Source of the DNA: Azolla caroliniana
Lineage: Eukaryota > Plantae > Polypodiophyta
Length of the DNA: 26,516 nt
Reading direction: 5' to 3'
NCBI GenBank assembly: GCA_043228905.1
Contig: JBHGNT010000426.1
Location: 1 to 26,516, forward strand
Shown here: positions 8,146 to 20,516 of the stretch, piece by piece
Layout of the letters: every line of letters begins with the position of its first letter
Position numbering within the stretch: position 1 is the first letter of the stretch
Notes under the pieces: model-generated
Databases searched by the model: none
What the model saw: the letters and a program-made list of their open reading frames with translations, nothing else
What the model was told of the DNA's origin: nothing
Program-made: the position numbers and the translations under genes

Positions 8146-8931
8146 TTAGAAGCGACGAATACAAGCACGAGGGCGAAGATCGCACTGTTGGAGTAGGCGG
8201 GAGGCGGCGACGCCTAGAGCTCTTTCCTCGTCATCGGCCTTGAATTGGCGACGTTGTTGACGTTCGTCCTCTTGTCGTCGAGACATGCGGTGGCGGCGTT
8301 CGTCACCCTCTCGTCGCTCACGGCTGCTATCTCTCTCGCGCTCCTCGTCCTCTTCCTCCCAGCTACGGTGTTCCCTTGATTGTTGGCCATGGCGTCGGCC
8401 TTCATCATTGCGTCGTTCCTCCTCGTCAGCATACAAGGCATCACGTAGGCGATCGCATCGATCTTCGGCGGGGATTCGTTCGACGTTCCTGCAGCACCGT
8501 TCCGAGGGTCTTGAGTATCGAGTGTTTTCGATCCATGGGGAGCGACGTCCTTGTTCACCTTCCTCTCTTTCGGAGCGCTCTTGTAGCTCTCGGATCTGCT
8601 TGTCGATGAAATCACCGCACTCTCGCCTCAGTTCCTCGTCACGTGGCTCATCGCGACCACGGCTACGACGTTCCCTTTCCTCTTCGGAGTCTCTCTTGTT
8701 GTCTCTGTAGCGGCGCCCCTCCTCAAGGAACCCCTCACGACGTCGCTCGCGCCTCTCGTCATCGCACTCCCCCTCTCGGCGTCGATCGCGCCTCTCCTCG
8801 TCAATGTCTCCCTCACGACGTCGATCGCGTCGCTCCTCTTCACGGTCCCGCCCTACAGACCTAGCATTGGCCGCGGTACACGCGGCGAGCATGATCACGG
8901 CCATGAGGAATACGGAAGTAAGCTTTGCCAT
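8146..8931 (-). CDS. 2S albumin-like seed storage protein precursor, 261 aa; W191 allele
   Basis: Translation identical to 1526..2311. Confidence 0.88.
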   Translation of the reverse strand: MAKLTSVFLMAVIMLAACTAANARSVGRDREEERRDRRREGDIDEERRDRRREGECDDERRERRREGFLEEGRRYRDNKRDSEEERERRSRGRDEPRDEELRRECGDFIDKQIRELQERSEREEGEQGRRSPWIENTRYSRPSERCCRNVERIPAEDRCDRLRDALYADEEERRNDEGRRHGQQSREHRSWEEEDEERERDSSRERREGDERRHRMSRRQEDERQQRRQFKADDEERALGVAASRLLQQCDLRPRACIRRF

Positions 8932-9800
8932 TGCGATTGTCCTTATGATCCCGGTGCTTGTCTCCTAATGGATTGTATTGACATTGCTCCCTCCACCTTT
9001 AATATATACACATGGCCATGCAATCAGAGCACATGCATGTCACTCACCACTCCCATTACCATAACGTGTGTGTCCTGCGTACAACTCTTGCCCAAGACCC
9101 ATACCAACTAGTCCACCCTCCCACACGTCTAGGCTAGTCCTAGGTGTCGTATTGTCACCAGACAATCTGGGCGCAACCTGTAGCGGGTACTCCTCCTCCT
9201 CGCGCGAGAGCTTGTCGAGCAACATAACATTTATACATACATAGGTAAATGTGCGCACTCGCGCGTGCGCGTAGGGGTGTGCGGGCACGTGCACATTAAA
9301 CTAGAACGCGCTAGTGCCGAGACACTAAGCACGCGGAGGCTACTGCGGGACGAGTGGTGGCTCCCGAGTGTGCTACATCGATGAACGTAGATAGACCGGT
9401 GTCCGTACTCGCTCGTTCGGACGGACGAGGGGTTGGTAACGACGACGACAAGGAAAGCTAACCGGACTACCACACTAGGAGTGTCCTATCGGGCAAGTGT
9501 GGAAGCAAGTTCACATTCGCCGCGTGTACAAGTTGACCTTAGCCTTAGCCGTTGCCGTGGCGTGTGCGGTATGGGTGTCCTGCTTTGATGTTTTTTTTTC
9601 CGTTTGGGTGGTTTGCGGTCCCTATAGGCAAATTCTATGCGTTGGTGCTCGTGTTTACGTTCGTGTTGGAGGGACGTTGGTGCTCGTGTTTACGTTCGTG
9701 TGGGTGTAATGCGCGATTGGGGAGACGCACTTGTTCGTAAACACTTACGAGAAATTAGAGAGAGACCACGAGAATAATTTGAACAAGGTTTATGTACTAT

Positions 9801-10586
9801 TTAGAAGCGACGAATACAAGCACGAGGGCGAAGATCGCACTGTTGGAGTAGGCGGGAGGCGGCGACGCCTAGAGCTCTTTCCTCGTCATCGGCCTTGAAT
9901 TGGCGACGTTGTTGACGTTCGTCCTCTTGTCGTCGAGACATGCGGTGGCGGCGTTCGTCACCCTCTCGTCGCTCACGGCTGCTATCTCTCTCGCGCTCCT
10001 CGTCCTCTTCCTCCCAGCTACGGTGTTCCCTTGATTGTTGGCCATGGCGTCGGCCTTCATCATTGCGTCGTTCCTCCTCGTCAGCATACAAGGCATCACG
10101 TAGGCGATCGCATCGATCTTCGGCGGGGATTCGTTCGACGTTCCTGCAGCACCGTTCCGAGGGTCTTGAGTATCGAGTGTTTTCGATCCATGGGGAGCGA
10201 CGTCCTTGTTCACCTTCCTCTCTTTCGGAGCGCTCTTGTAGCTCTCGGATCTGCTTGTCGATGAAATCACCGCACTCTCGCCTCAGTTCCTCGTCACGTG
10301 GCTCATCGCGACCACGGCTACGACGTTCCCTTTCCTCTTCGGAGTCTCTCTTGTTGTCTCTGTAGCGGCGCCCCTCCTCAAGGAACCCCTCACGACGTCG
10401 CTCGCGCCTCTCGTCATCGCACTCCCCCTCTCGGCGTCGATCGCGCCTCTCCTCGTCAATGTCTCCCTCACGACGTCGATCGCGTCGCTCCTCTTCACGG
10501 TCCCGCCCTACAGACCTAGCATTGGCCGCGGTACACGCGGCGAGCATGATCACGGCCATGAGGAATACGGAAGTAAGCTTTGCCAT
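9801..10586 (-). CDS. 2S albumin-like seed storage protein precursor, 261 aa; W191 allele
   Basis: Translation identical to 1526..2311. Confidence 0.88.
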   Translation of the reverse strand: MAKLTSVFLMAVIMLAACTAANARSVGRDREEERRDRRREGDIDEERRDRRREGECDDERRERRREGFLEEGRRYRDNKRDSEEERERRSRGRDEPRDEELRRECGDFIDKQIRELQERSEREEGEQGRRSPWIENTRYSRPSERCCRNVERIPAEDRCDRLRDALYADEEERRNDEGRRHGQQSREHRSWEEEDEERERDSSRERREGDERRHRMSRRQEDERQQRRQFKADDEERALGVAASRLLQQCDLRPRACIRRF

Positions 10587-11455
10587 TGCGATTGTCCTTA
10601 TGATCCCGGTGCTTGTCTCCTAATGGATTGTATTGACATTGCTCCCTCCACCTTTAATATATACACATGGCCATGCAATCAGAGCACATGCATGTCACTC
10701 ACCACTCCCATTACCATAACGTGTGTGTCCTGCGTACAACTCTTGCCCAAGACCCATACCAACTAGTCCACCCTCCCACACGTCTAGGCTAGTCCTAGGT
10801 GTCGTATTGTCACCAGACAATCTGGGCGCAACCTGTAGCGGGTACTCCTCCTCCTCGCGCGAGAGCTTGTCGAGCAACATAACATTTATACATACATAGG
10901 TAAATGTGCGCACTCGCGCGTGCGCGTAGGGGTGTGCGGGCACGTGCACATTAAACTAGAACGCGCTAGTGCCGAGACACTAAGCACGCGGAGGCTACTG
11001 CGGGACGAGTGGTGGCTCCCGAGTGTGCTACATCGATGAACGTAGATAGACCGGTGTCCGTACTCGCTCGTTCGGACGGACGAGGGGTTGGTAACGACGA
11101 CGACAAGGAAAGCTAACCGGACTACCACACTAGGAGTGTCCTATCGGGCAAGTGTGGAAGCAAGTTCACATTCGCCGCGTGTACAAGTTGACCTTAGCCT
11201 TAGCCGTTGCCGTGGCGTGTGCGGTATGGGTGTCCTGCTTTGATGTTTTTTTTTCCGTTTGGGTGGTTTGCGGTCCCTATAGGCAAATTCTATGCGTTGG
11301 TGCTCGTGTTTACGTTCGTGTTGGAGGGACGTTGGTGCTCGTGTTTACGTTCGTGTGGGTGTAATGCGCGATTGGGGAGACGCACTTGTTCGTAAACACT
11401 TACGAGAAATTAGAGAGAGACCACGAGAATAATTTGAACAAGGTTTATGTACTAT

Positions 11456-12241
11456 TTAGAAGCGACGAATACAAGCACGAGGGCGAAGATCGCACTGTTG
11501 GAGTAGGCGGGAGGCGGCGACGCCTAGAGCTCTTTCCTCGTCATCGGCCTTGAATTGGCGACGTTGTTGACGTTCGTCCTCTTGTCGTCGAGACATGCGG
11601 TGGCGGCGTTCGTCACCCTCTCGTCGCTCACGGCTGCTATCTCTCTCGCGCTCCTCGTCCTCTTCCTCCCAGCTACGGTGTTCCCTTGATTGTTGGCCAT
11701 GGCGTCGGCCTTCATCATTGCGTCGTTCCTCCTCGTCAGCATACAAGGCATCACGTAGGCGATCGCATCGATCTTCGGCGGGGATTCGTTCGACGTTCCT
11801 GCAGCACCGTTCCGAGGGTCTTGAGTATCGAGTGTTTTCGATCCATGGGGAGCGACGTCCTTGTTCACCTTCCTCTCTTTCGGAGCGCTCTTGTAGCTCT
11901 CGGATCTGCTTGTCGATGAAATCACCGCACTCTCGCCTCAGTTCCTCGTCACGTGGCTCATCGCGACCACGGCTACGACGTTCCCTTTCCTCTTCGGAGT
12001 CTCTCTTGTTGTCTCTGTAGCGGCGCCCCTCCTCAAGGAACCCCTCACGACGTCGCTCGCGCCTCTCGTCATCGCACTCCCCCTCTCGGCGTCGATCGCG
12101 CCTCTCCTCGTCAATGTCTCCCTCACGACGTCGATCGCGTCGCTCCTCTTCACGGTCCCGCCCTACAGACCTAGCATTGGCCGCGGTACACGCGGCGAGC
12201 ATGATCACGGCCATGAGGAATACGGAAGTAAGCTTTGCCAT
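11456..12241 (-). CDS. 2S albumin-like seed storage protein precursor, 261 aa; W191 allele
   Basis: Translation identical to 1526..2311. Confidence 0.88.
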   Translation of the reverse strand: MAKLTSVFLMAVIMLAACTAANARSVGRDREEERRDRRREGDIDEERRDRRREGECDDERRERRREGFLEEGRRYRDNKRDSEEERERRSRGRDEPRDEELRRECGDFIDKQIRELQERSEREEGEQGRRSPWIENTRYSRPSERCCRNVERIPAEDRCDRLRDALYADEEERRNDEGRRHGQQSREHRSWEEEDEERERDSSRERREGDERRHRMSRRQEDERQQRRQFKADDEERALGVAASRLLQQCDLRPRACIRRF

Positions 12242-13110
12242 TGCGATTGTCCTTATGATCCCGGTGCTTGTCTCCTAATGGATTGTATTGACATTGCTCC
12301 CTCCACCTTTAATATATACACATGGCCATGCAATCAGAGCACATGCATGTCACTCACCACTCCCATTACCATAACGTGTGTGTCCTGCGTACAACTCTTG
12401 CCCAAGACCCATACCAACTAGTCCACCCTCCCACACGTCTAGGCTAGTCCTAGGTGTCGTATTGTCACCAGACAATCTGGGCGCAACCTGTAGCGGGTAC
12501 TCCTCCTCCTCGCGCGAGAGCTTGTCGAGCAACATAACATTTATACATACATAGGTAAATGTGCGCACTCGCGCGTGCGCGTAGGGGTGTGCGGGCACGT
12601 GCACATTAAACTAGAACGCGCTAGTGCCGAGACACTAAGCACGCGGAGGCTACTGCGGGACGAGTGGTGGCTCCCGAGTGTGCTACATCGATGAACGTAG
12701 ATAGACCGGTGTCCGTACTCGCTCGTTCGGACGGACGAGGGGTTGGTAACGACGACGACAAGGAAAGCTAACCGGACTACCACACTAGGAGTGTCCTATC
12801 GGGCAAGTGTGGAAGCAAGTTCACATTCGCCGCGTGTACAAGTTGACCTTAGCCTTAGCCGTTGCCGTGGCGTGTGCGGTATGGGTGTCCTGCTTTGATG
12901 TTTTTTTTTCCGTTTGGGTGGTTTGCGGTCCCTATAGGCAAATTCTATGCGTTGGTGCTCGTGTTTACGTTCGTGTTGGAGGGACGTTGGTGCTCGTGTT
13001 TACGTTCGTGTGGGTGTAATGCGCGATTGGGGAGACGCACTTGTTCGTAAACACTTACGAGAAATTAGAGAGAGACCACGAGAATAATTTGAACAAGGTT
13101 TATGTACTAT

Positions 13111-13896
13111 TTAGAAGCGACGAATACAAGCACGAGGGCGAAGATCGCACTGTTGGAGTAGGCGGGAGGCGGCGACGCCTAGAGCTCTTTCCTCGTCATC
13201 GGCCTTGAATTGGCGACGTTGTTGACGTTCGTCCTCTTGTCGTCGAGACATGCGGTGGCGGCGTTCGTCACCCTCTCGTCGCTCACGGCTGCTATCTCTC
13301 TCGCGCTCCTCGTCCTCTTCCTCCCAGCTACGGTGTTCCCTTGATTGTTGGCCATGGCGTCGGCCTTCATCATTGCGTCGTTCCTCCTCGTCAGCATACA
13401 AGGCATCACGTAGGCGATCGCATCGATCTTCGGCGGGGATTCGTTCGACGTTCCTGCAGCACCGTTCCGAGGGTCTTGAGTATCGAGTGTTTTCGATCCA
13501 TGGGGAGCGACGTCCTTGTTCACCTTCCTCTCTTTCGGAGCGCTCTTGTAGCTCTCGGATCTGCTTGTCGATGAAATCACCGCACTCTCGCCTCAGTTCC
13601 TCGTCACGTGGCTCATCGCGACCACGGCTACGACGTTCCCTTTCCTCTTCGGAGTCTCTCTTGTTGTCTCTGTAGCGGCGCCCCTCCTCAAGGAACCCCT
13701 CACGACGTCGCTCGCGCCTCTCGTCATCGCACTCCCCCTCTCGGCGTCGATCGCGCCTCTCCTCGTCAATGTCTCCCTCACGACGTCGATCGCGTCGCTC
13801 CTCTTCACGGTCCCGCCCTACAGACCTAGCATTGGCCGCGGTACACGCGGCGAGCATGATCACGGCCATGAGGAATACGGAAGTAAGCTTTGCCAT
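13111..13896 (-). CDS. 2S albumin-like seed storage protein precursor, 261 aa; W191 allele
   Basis: Translation identical to 1526..2311. Confidence 0.88.
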   Translation of the reverse strand: MAKLTSVFLMAVIMLAACTAANARSVGRDREEERRDRRREGDIDEERRDRRREGECDDERRERRREGFLEEGRRYRDNKRDSEEERERRSRGRDEPRDEELRRECGDFIDKQIRELQERSEREEGEQGRRSPWIENTRYSRPSERCCRNVERIPAEDRCDRLRDALYADEEERRNDEGRRHGQQSREHRSWEEEDEERERDSSRERREGDERRHRMSRRQEDERQQRRQFKADDEERALGVAASRLLQQCDLRPRACIRRF

Positions 13897-14765
13897 TGCG
13901 ATTGTCCTTATGATCCCGGTGCTTGTCTCCTAATGGATTGTATTGACATTGCTCCCTCCACCTTTAATATATACACATGGCCATGCAATCAGAGCACATG
14001 CATGTCACTCACCACTCCCATTACCATAACGTGTGTGTCCTGCGTACAACTCTTGCCCAAGACCCATACCAACTAGTCCACCCTCCCACACGTCTAGGCT
14101 AGTCCTAGGTGTCGTATTGTCACCAGACAATCTGGGCGCAACCTGTAGCGGGTACTCCTCCTCCTCGCGCGAGAGCTTGTCGAGCAACATAACATTTATA
14201 CATACATAGGTAAATGTGCGCACTCGCGCGTGCGCGTAGGGGTGTGCGGGCACGTGCACATTAAACTAGAACGCGCTAGTGCCGAGACACTAAGCACGCG
14301 GAGGCTACTGCGGGACGAGTGGTGGCTCCCGAGTGTGCTACATCGATGAACGTAGATAGACCGGTGTCCGTACTCGCTCGTTCGGACGGACGAGGGGTTG
14401 GTAACGACGACGACAAGGAAAGCTAACCGGACTACCACACTAGGAGTGTCCTATCGGGCAAGTGTGGAAGCAAGTTCACATTCGCCGCGTGTACAAGTTG
14501 ACCTTAGCCTTAGCCGTTGCCGTGGCGTGTGCGGTATGGGTGTCCTGCTTTGATGTTTTTTTTTCCGTTTGGGTGGTTTGCGGTCCCTATAGGCAAATTC
14601 TATGCGTTGGTGCTCGTGTTTACGTTCGTGTTGGAGGGACGTTGGTGCTCGTGTTTACGTTCGTGTGGGTGTAATGCGCGATTGGGGAGACGCACTTGTT
14701 CGTAAACACTTACGAGAAATTAGAGAGAGACCACGAGAATAATTTGAACAAGGTTTATGTACTAT

Positions 14766-15551
14766 TTAGAAGCGACGAATACAAGCACGAGGGCGAAGAT
14801 CGCACTGTTGGAGTAGGCGGGAGGCGGCGACGCCTAGAGCTCTTTCCTCGTCATCGGCCTTGAATTGGCGACGTTGTTGACGTTCGTCCTCTTGTCGTCG
14901 AGACATGCGGTGGCGGCGTTCGTCACCCTCTCGTCGCTCACGGCTGCTATCTCTCTCGCGCTCCTCGTCCTCTTCCTCCCAGCTACGGTGTTCCCTTGAT
15001 TGTTGGCCATGGCGTCGGCCTTCATCATTGCGTCGTTCCTCCTCGTCAGCATACAAGGCATCACGTAGGCGATCGCATCGATCTTCGGCGGGGATTCGTT
15101 CGACGTTCCTGCAGCACCGTTCCGAGGGTCTTGAGTATCGAGTGTTTTCGATCCATGGGGAGCGACGTCCTTGTTCACCTTCCTCTCTTTCGGAGCGCTC
15201 TTGTAGCTCTCGGATCTGCTTGTCGATGAAATCACCGCACTCTCGCCTCAGTTCCTCGTCACGTGGCTCATCGCGACCACGGCTACGACGTTCCCTTTCC
15301 TCTTCGGAGTCTCTCTTGTTGTCTCTGTAGCGGCGCCCCTCCTCAAGGAACCCCTCACGACGTCGCTCGCGCCTCTCGTCATCGCACTCCCCCTCTCGGC
15401 GTCGATCGCGCCTCTCCTCGTCAATGTCTCCCTCACGACGTCGATCGCGTCGCTCCTCTTCACGGTCCCGCCCTACAGACCTAGCATTGGCCGCGGTACA
15501 CGCGGCGAGCATGATCACGGCCATGAGGAATACGGAAGTAAGCTTTGCCAT
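14766..15551 (-). CDS. 2S albumin-like seed storage protein precursor, 261 aa; W191 allele (last copy of the W block)
   Basis: Translation identical to 1526..2311. Confidence 0.88.
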   Translation of the reverse strand: MAKLTSVFLMAVIMLAACTAANARSVGRDREEERRDRRREGDIDEERRDRRREGECDDERRERRREGFLEEGRRYRDNKRDSEEERERRSRGRDEPRDEELRRECGDFIDKQIRELQERSEREEGEQGRRSPWIENTRYSRPSERCCRNVERIPAEDRCDRLRDALYADEEERRNDEGRRHGQQSREHRSWEEEDEERERDSSRERREGDERRHRMSRRQEDERQQRRQFKADDEERALGVAASRLLQQCDLRPRACIRRF

Positions 15552-16420
15552 TGCGATTGTCCTTATGATCCCGGTGCTTGTCTCCTAATGGATTGTATTG
15601 ACATTGCTCCCTCCACCTTTAATATATACACATGGCCATGCAATCAGAGCACATGCATGTCACTCACCACTCCCATTACCATAACGTGTGTGTCCTGCGT
15701 ACAACTCTTGCCCAAGACCCATACCAACTAGTCCACCCTCCCACACGTCTAGGCTAGTCCTAGGTGTCGTATTGTCACCAGACAATCTGGGCGCAACCTG
15801 TAGCGGGTACTCCTCCTCCTCGCGCGAGAGCTTGTCGAGCAACATAACATTTATACATACATAGGTAAATGTGCGCACTCGCGCGTGCGCGTAGGGGTGT
15901 GCGGGCACGTGCACATTAAACTAGAACGCGCTAGTGCCGAGACACTAAGCACGCGGAGGCTACTGCGGGACGAGTGGTGGCTCCCGAGTGTGCTACATCG
16001 ATGAACGTAGATAGACCGGTGTCCGTACTCGCTCGTTCGGACGGACGAGGGGTTGGTAACGACGACGACAAGGAAAGCTAACCGGACTACCACACTAGGA
16101 GTGTCCTATCGGGCAAGTGTGGAAGCAAGTTCACATTCGCCGCGTGTACAAGTTGACCTTAGCCTTAGCCGTTGCCGTGGCGTGTGCGGTATGGGTGTCC
16201 TGCTTTGATGTTTTTTTTTCCGTTTGGGTGGTTTGCGGTCCCTATAGGCAAATTCTATGCGTTGGTGCTCGTGTTTACGTTCGTGTTGGAGGGACGTTGG
16301 TGCTCGTGTTTACGTTCGTGTGGGTGTAATGCGCGATTGGGGAGACGCACTTGTTCGTAAACACTTACGAGAAATTAGAGAGAGACCACGAGAATAATTT
16401 GAACAAGGTTTATGTACTAT

Positions 16421-17206
16421 TTAGAAGCGACGAATACAAGCACGAGGGCGAAGATCGCACTGTTGGAGTAGGCGGGAGGCGGCGACGCCTAGAGCTCTTT
16501 CCTCGTCATCGGCCTTGAATTGGCGACGTTGTTGACGTTCGTCCTCTTGTCGTCGAGACATGCGGTGGCGGCGTTCGTCACCCTCTCTTCGCTCACGGCT
16601 GCTATCTCTCTCGCGCTCCTCGTCCTCTTCCTCCCGGCTACGGTGTTCCCTTGATTGTTGGCCATGGCGTCGGCCTTCATCATTGCGTCGTTCCTCCTCG
16701 TCAGCATACAAGGCATCACGTAGGCGATCGCATCGATCTTCGGCGGGGATTCGTTCGACGTTCCTGCAGCACCGTTCCGAGGGTCTTGAGTATCGAGTGT
16801 TTTCGATCCATGGGGAGCGACGTCCTTGTTCACCTTCCTCTCTTTCGGAGCGCTCTTGTAGCTCTCGGATCTGCTTGTCGATGAAATCACCGCACTCTCG
16901 CCTCAGTTCCTCGTCACGTGGCTCATCGCGACCACGGCTACGACGTTCCCTTTCCTCTTCGGAGTCTCTCTTGTTGTCTCTGTAGCGGCGCCCCTCCTCA
17001 AGGAACCCCTCACGACGTCGCTCGCGCCTCTCGTCATCGCACTCCCCCTCTCGGCGTCGATCGCGCCTCTCCTCGTCAATGTCTCCCTCACGACGTCGAT
17101 CGCGTCGCTCCTCTTCACGGTCCCGCCCTACAGACCTAGCATTGGCCGCGGTACACGCGGCGAGCATGATCACGGCCATGAGGAATACGGAAGTAAGCTT
17201 TGCCAT
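16421..17206 (-). CDS. 2S albumin-like seed storage protein precursor, 261 aa; R191 plus synonymous R207 (AGA) allele
   Basis: A>G at 16636 (TGG>CGG) and G>T at 16588 (CGA>AGA). Confidence 0.88.
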   Translation of the reverse strand: MAKLTSVFLMAVIMLAACTAANARSVGRDREEERRDRRREGDIDEERRDRRREGECDDERRERRREGFLEEGRRYRDNKRDSEEERERRSRGRDEPRDEELRRECGDFIDKQIRELQERSEREEGEQGRRSPWIENTRYSRPSERCCRNVERIPAEDRCDRLRDALYADEEERRNDEGRRHGQQSREHRSREEEDEERERDSSRERREGDERRHRMSRRQEDERQQRRQFKADDEERALGVAASRLLQQCDLRPRACIRRF

Positions 17207-18075
17207 TGCGATTGTCCTTATGATCCCGGTGCTTGTCTCCTAATGGATTGTATTGACATTGCTCCCTCCACCTTTAATATATACACATGGCCATGCAATC
17301 AGAGCACATGCATGTCACTCACCACTCCCATTACCATAACGTGTGTGTCCTGCGTACAACTCTTGCCCAAGACCCATACCAACTAGTCCACCCTCCCACA
17401 CGTCTAGGCTAGTCCTAGGTGTCGTATTGTCACCAGACAATCTGGGCGCAACCTGTAGCGGGTACTCCTCCTCCTCGCGCGAGAGCTTGTCGAGCAACAT
17501 AACATTTATACATACATAGGTAAATGTGCGCACTCGCGCGTGCGCGTAGGGGTGTGCGGGCACGTGCACATTAAACTAGAACGCGCTAGTGCCGAGACAC
17601 TAAGCACGCGGAGGCTACTGCGGGACGAGTGGTGGCTCCCGAGTGTGCTACATCGATGAACGTAGATAGACCGGTGTCCGTACTCGCTCGTTCGGACGGA
17701 CGAGGGGTTGGTAACGACGACGACAAGGAAAGCTAACCGGACTACCACACTAGGAGTGTCCTATCGGGCAAGTGTGGAAGCAAGTTCACATTCGCCGCGT
17801 GTACAAGTTGACCTTAGCCTTAGCCGTTGCCGTGGCGTGTGCGGTATGGGTGTCCTGCTTTGATGTTTTTTTTTCCGTTTGGGTGGTTTGCGGTCCCTAT
17901 AGGCAAATTCTATGCGTTGGTGCTCGTGTTTACGTTCGTGTTGGAGGGACGTTGGTGCTCGTGTTTACGTTCGTGTGGGTGTAATGCGCGATTGGGGAGA
18001 CGCACTTGTTCGTAAACACTTACGAGAAATTAGAGAGAGACCACGAGAATAATTTGAACAAGGTTTATGTACTAT

Positions 18076-18861
18076 TTAGAAGCGACGAATACAAGCACGA
18101 GGGCGAAGATCGCACTGTTGGAGTAGGCGGGAGGCGGCGACGCCTAGAGCTCTTTCCTCGTCATCGGCCTTGAATTGGCGACGTTGTTGACGTTCGTCCT
18201 CTTGTCGTCGAGACATGCGGTGGCGGCGTTCGTCACCCTCTCTTCGCTCACGGCTGCTATCTCTCTCGCGCTCCTCGTCCTCTTCCTCCCGGCTACGGTG
18301 TTCCCTTGATTGTTGGCCATGGCGTCGGCCTTCATCATTGCGTCGTTCCTCCTCGTCAGCATACAAGGCATCACGTAGGCGATCGCATCGATCTTCGGCG
18401 GGGATTCGTTCGACGTTCCTGCAGCACCGTTCCGAGGGTCTTGAGTATCGAGTGTTTTCGATCCATGGGGAGCGACGTCCTTGTTCACCTTCCTCTCTTT
18501 CGGAGCGCTCTTGTAGCTCTCGGATCTGCTTGTCGATGAAATCACCGCACTCTCGCCTCAGTTCCTCGTCACGTGGCTCATCGCGACCACGGCTACGACG
18601 TTCCCTTTCCTCTTCGGAGTCTCTCTTGTTGTCTCTGTAGCGGCGCCCCTCCTCAAGGAACCCCTCACGACGTCGCTCGCGCCTCTCGTCATCGCACTCC
18701 CCCTCTCGGCGTCGATCGCGCCTCTCCTCGTCAATGTCTCCCTCACGACGTCGATCGCGTCGCTCCTCTTCACGGTCCCGCCCTACAGACCTAGCATTGG
18801 CCGCGGTACACGCGGCGAGCATGATCACGGCCATGAGGAATACGGAAGTAAGCTTTGCCAT
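18076..18861 (-). CDS. 2S albumin-like seed storage protein precursor, 261 aa; R191 plus synonymous R207 (AGA) allele
   Basis: Variants at 18291 and 18243. Confidence 0.88.
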   Translation of the reverse strand: MAKLTSVFLMAVIMLAACTAANARSVGRDREEERRDRRREGDIDEERRDRRREGECDDERRERRREGFLEEGRRYRDNKRDSEEERERRSRGRDEPRDEELRRECGDFIDKQIRELQERSEREEGEQGRRSPWIENTRYSRPSERCCRNVERIPAEDRCDRLRDALYADEEERRNDEGRRHGQQSREHRSREEEDEERERDSSRERREGDERRHRMSRRQEDERQQRRQFKADDEERALGVAASRLLQQCDLRPRACIRRF

Positions 18862-19730
18862 TGCGATTGTCCTTATGATCCCGGTGCTTGTCTCCTAATG
18901 GATTGTATTGACATTGCTCCCTCCACCTTTAATATATACACATGGCCATGCAATCAGAGCACATGCATGTCACTCACCACTCCCATTACCATAACGTGTG
19001 TGTCCTGCGTACAACTCTTGCCCAAGACCCATACCAACTAGTCCACCCTCCCACACGTCTAGGCTAGTCCTAGGTGTCGTATTGTCACCAGACAATCTGG
19101 GCGCAACCTGTAGCGGGTACTCCTCCTCCTCGCGCGAGAGCTTGTCGAGCAACATAACATTTATACATACATAGGTAAATGTGCGCACTCGCGCGTGCGC
19201 GTAGGGGTGTGCGGGCACGTGCACATTAAACTAGAACGCGCTAGTGCCGAGACACTAAGCACGCGGAGGCTACTGCGGGACGAGTGGTGGCTCCCGAGTG
19301 TGCTACATCGATGAACGTAGATAGACCGGTGTCCGTACTCGCTCGTTCGGACGGACGAGGGGTTGGTAACGACGACGACAAGGAAAGCTAACCGGACTAC
19401 CACACTAGGAGTGTCCTATCGGGCAAGTGTGGAAGCAAGTTCACATTCGCCGCGTGTACAAGTTGACCTTAGCCTTAGCCGTTGCCGTGGCGTGTGCGGT
19501 ATGGGTGTCCTGCTTTGATGTTTTTTTTTCCGTTTGGGTGGTTTGCGGTCCCTATAGGCAAATTCTATGCGTTGGTGCTCGTGTTTACGTTCGTGTTGGA
19601 GGGACGTTGGTGCTCGTGTTTACGTTCGTGTGGGTGTAATGCGCGATTGGGGAGACGCACTTGTTCGTAAACACTTACGAGAAATTAGAGAGAGACCACG
19701 AGAATAATTTGAACAAGGTTTATGTACTAT

Positions 19731-20516
19731 TTAGAAGCGACGAATACAAGCACGAGGGCGAAGATCGCACTGTTGGAGTAGGCGGGAGGCGGCGACGCCT
19801 AGAGCTCTTTCCTCGTCATCGGCCTTGAATTGGCGACGTTGTTGACGTTCGTCCTCTTGTCGTCGAGACATGCGGTGGCGGCGTTCGTCACCCTCTCTTC
19901 GCTCACGGCTGCTATCTCTCTCGCGCTCCTCGTCCTCTTCCTCCCGGCTACGGTGTTCCCTTGATTGTTGGCCATGGCGTCGGCCTTCATCATTGCGTCG
20001 TTCCTCCTCGTCAGCATACAAGGCATCACGTAGGCGATCGCATCGATCTTCGGCGGGGATTCGTTCGACGTTCCTGCAGCACCGTTCCGAGGGTCTTGAG
20101 TATCGAGTGTTTTCGATCCATGGGGAGCGACGTCCTTGTTCACCTTCCTCTCTTTCGGAGCGCTCTTGTAGCTCTCGGATCTGCTTGTCGATGAAATCAC
20201 CGCACTCTCGCCTCAGTTCCTCGTCACGTGGCTCATCGCGACCACGGCTACGACGTTCCCTTTCCTCTTCGGAGTCTCTCTTGTTGTCTCTGTAGCGGCG
20301 CCCCTCCTCAAGGAACCCCTCACGACGTCGCTCGCGCCTCTCGTCATCGCACTCCCCCTCTCGGCGTCGATCGCGCCTCTCCTCGTCAATGTCTCCCTCA
20401 CGACGTCGATCGCGTCGCTCCTCTTCACGGTCCCGCCCTACAGACCTAGCATTGGCCGCGGTACACGCGGCGAGCATGATCACGGCCATGAGGAATACGG
20501 AAGTAAGCTTTGCCAT
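19731..20516 (-). CDS. 2S albumin-like seed storage protein precursor, 261 aa; R191 plus synonymous R207 (AGA) allele
   Basis: Variants at 19946 and 19898. Confidence 0.88.
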   Translation of the reverse strand: MAKLTSVFLMAVIMLAACTAANARSVGRDREEERRDRRREGDIDEERRDRRREGECDDERRERRREGFLEEGRRYRDNKRDSEEERERRSRGRDEPRDEELRRECGDFIDKQIRELQERSEREEGEQGRRSPWIENTRYSRPSERCCRNVERIPAEDRCDRLRDALYADEEERRNDEGRRHGQQSREHRSREEEDEERERDSSRERREGDERRHRMSRRQEDERQQRRQFKADDEERALGVAASRLLQQCDLRPRACIRRF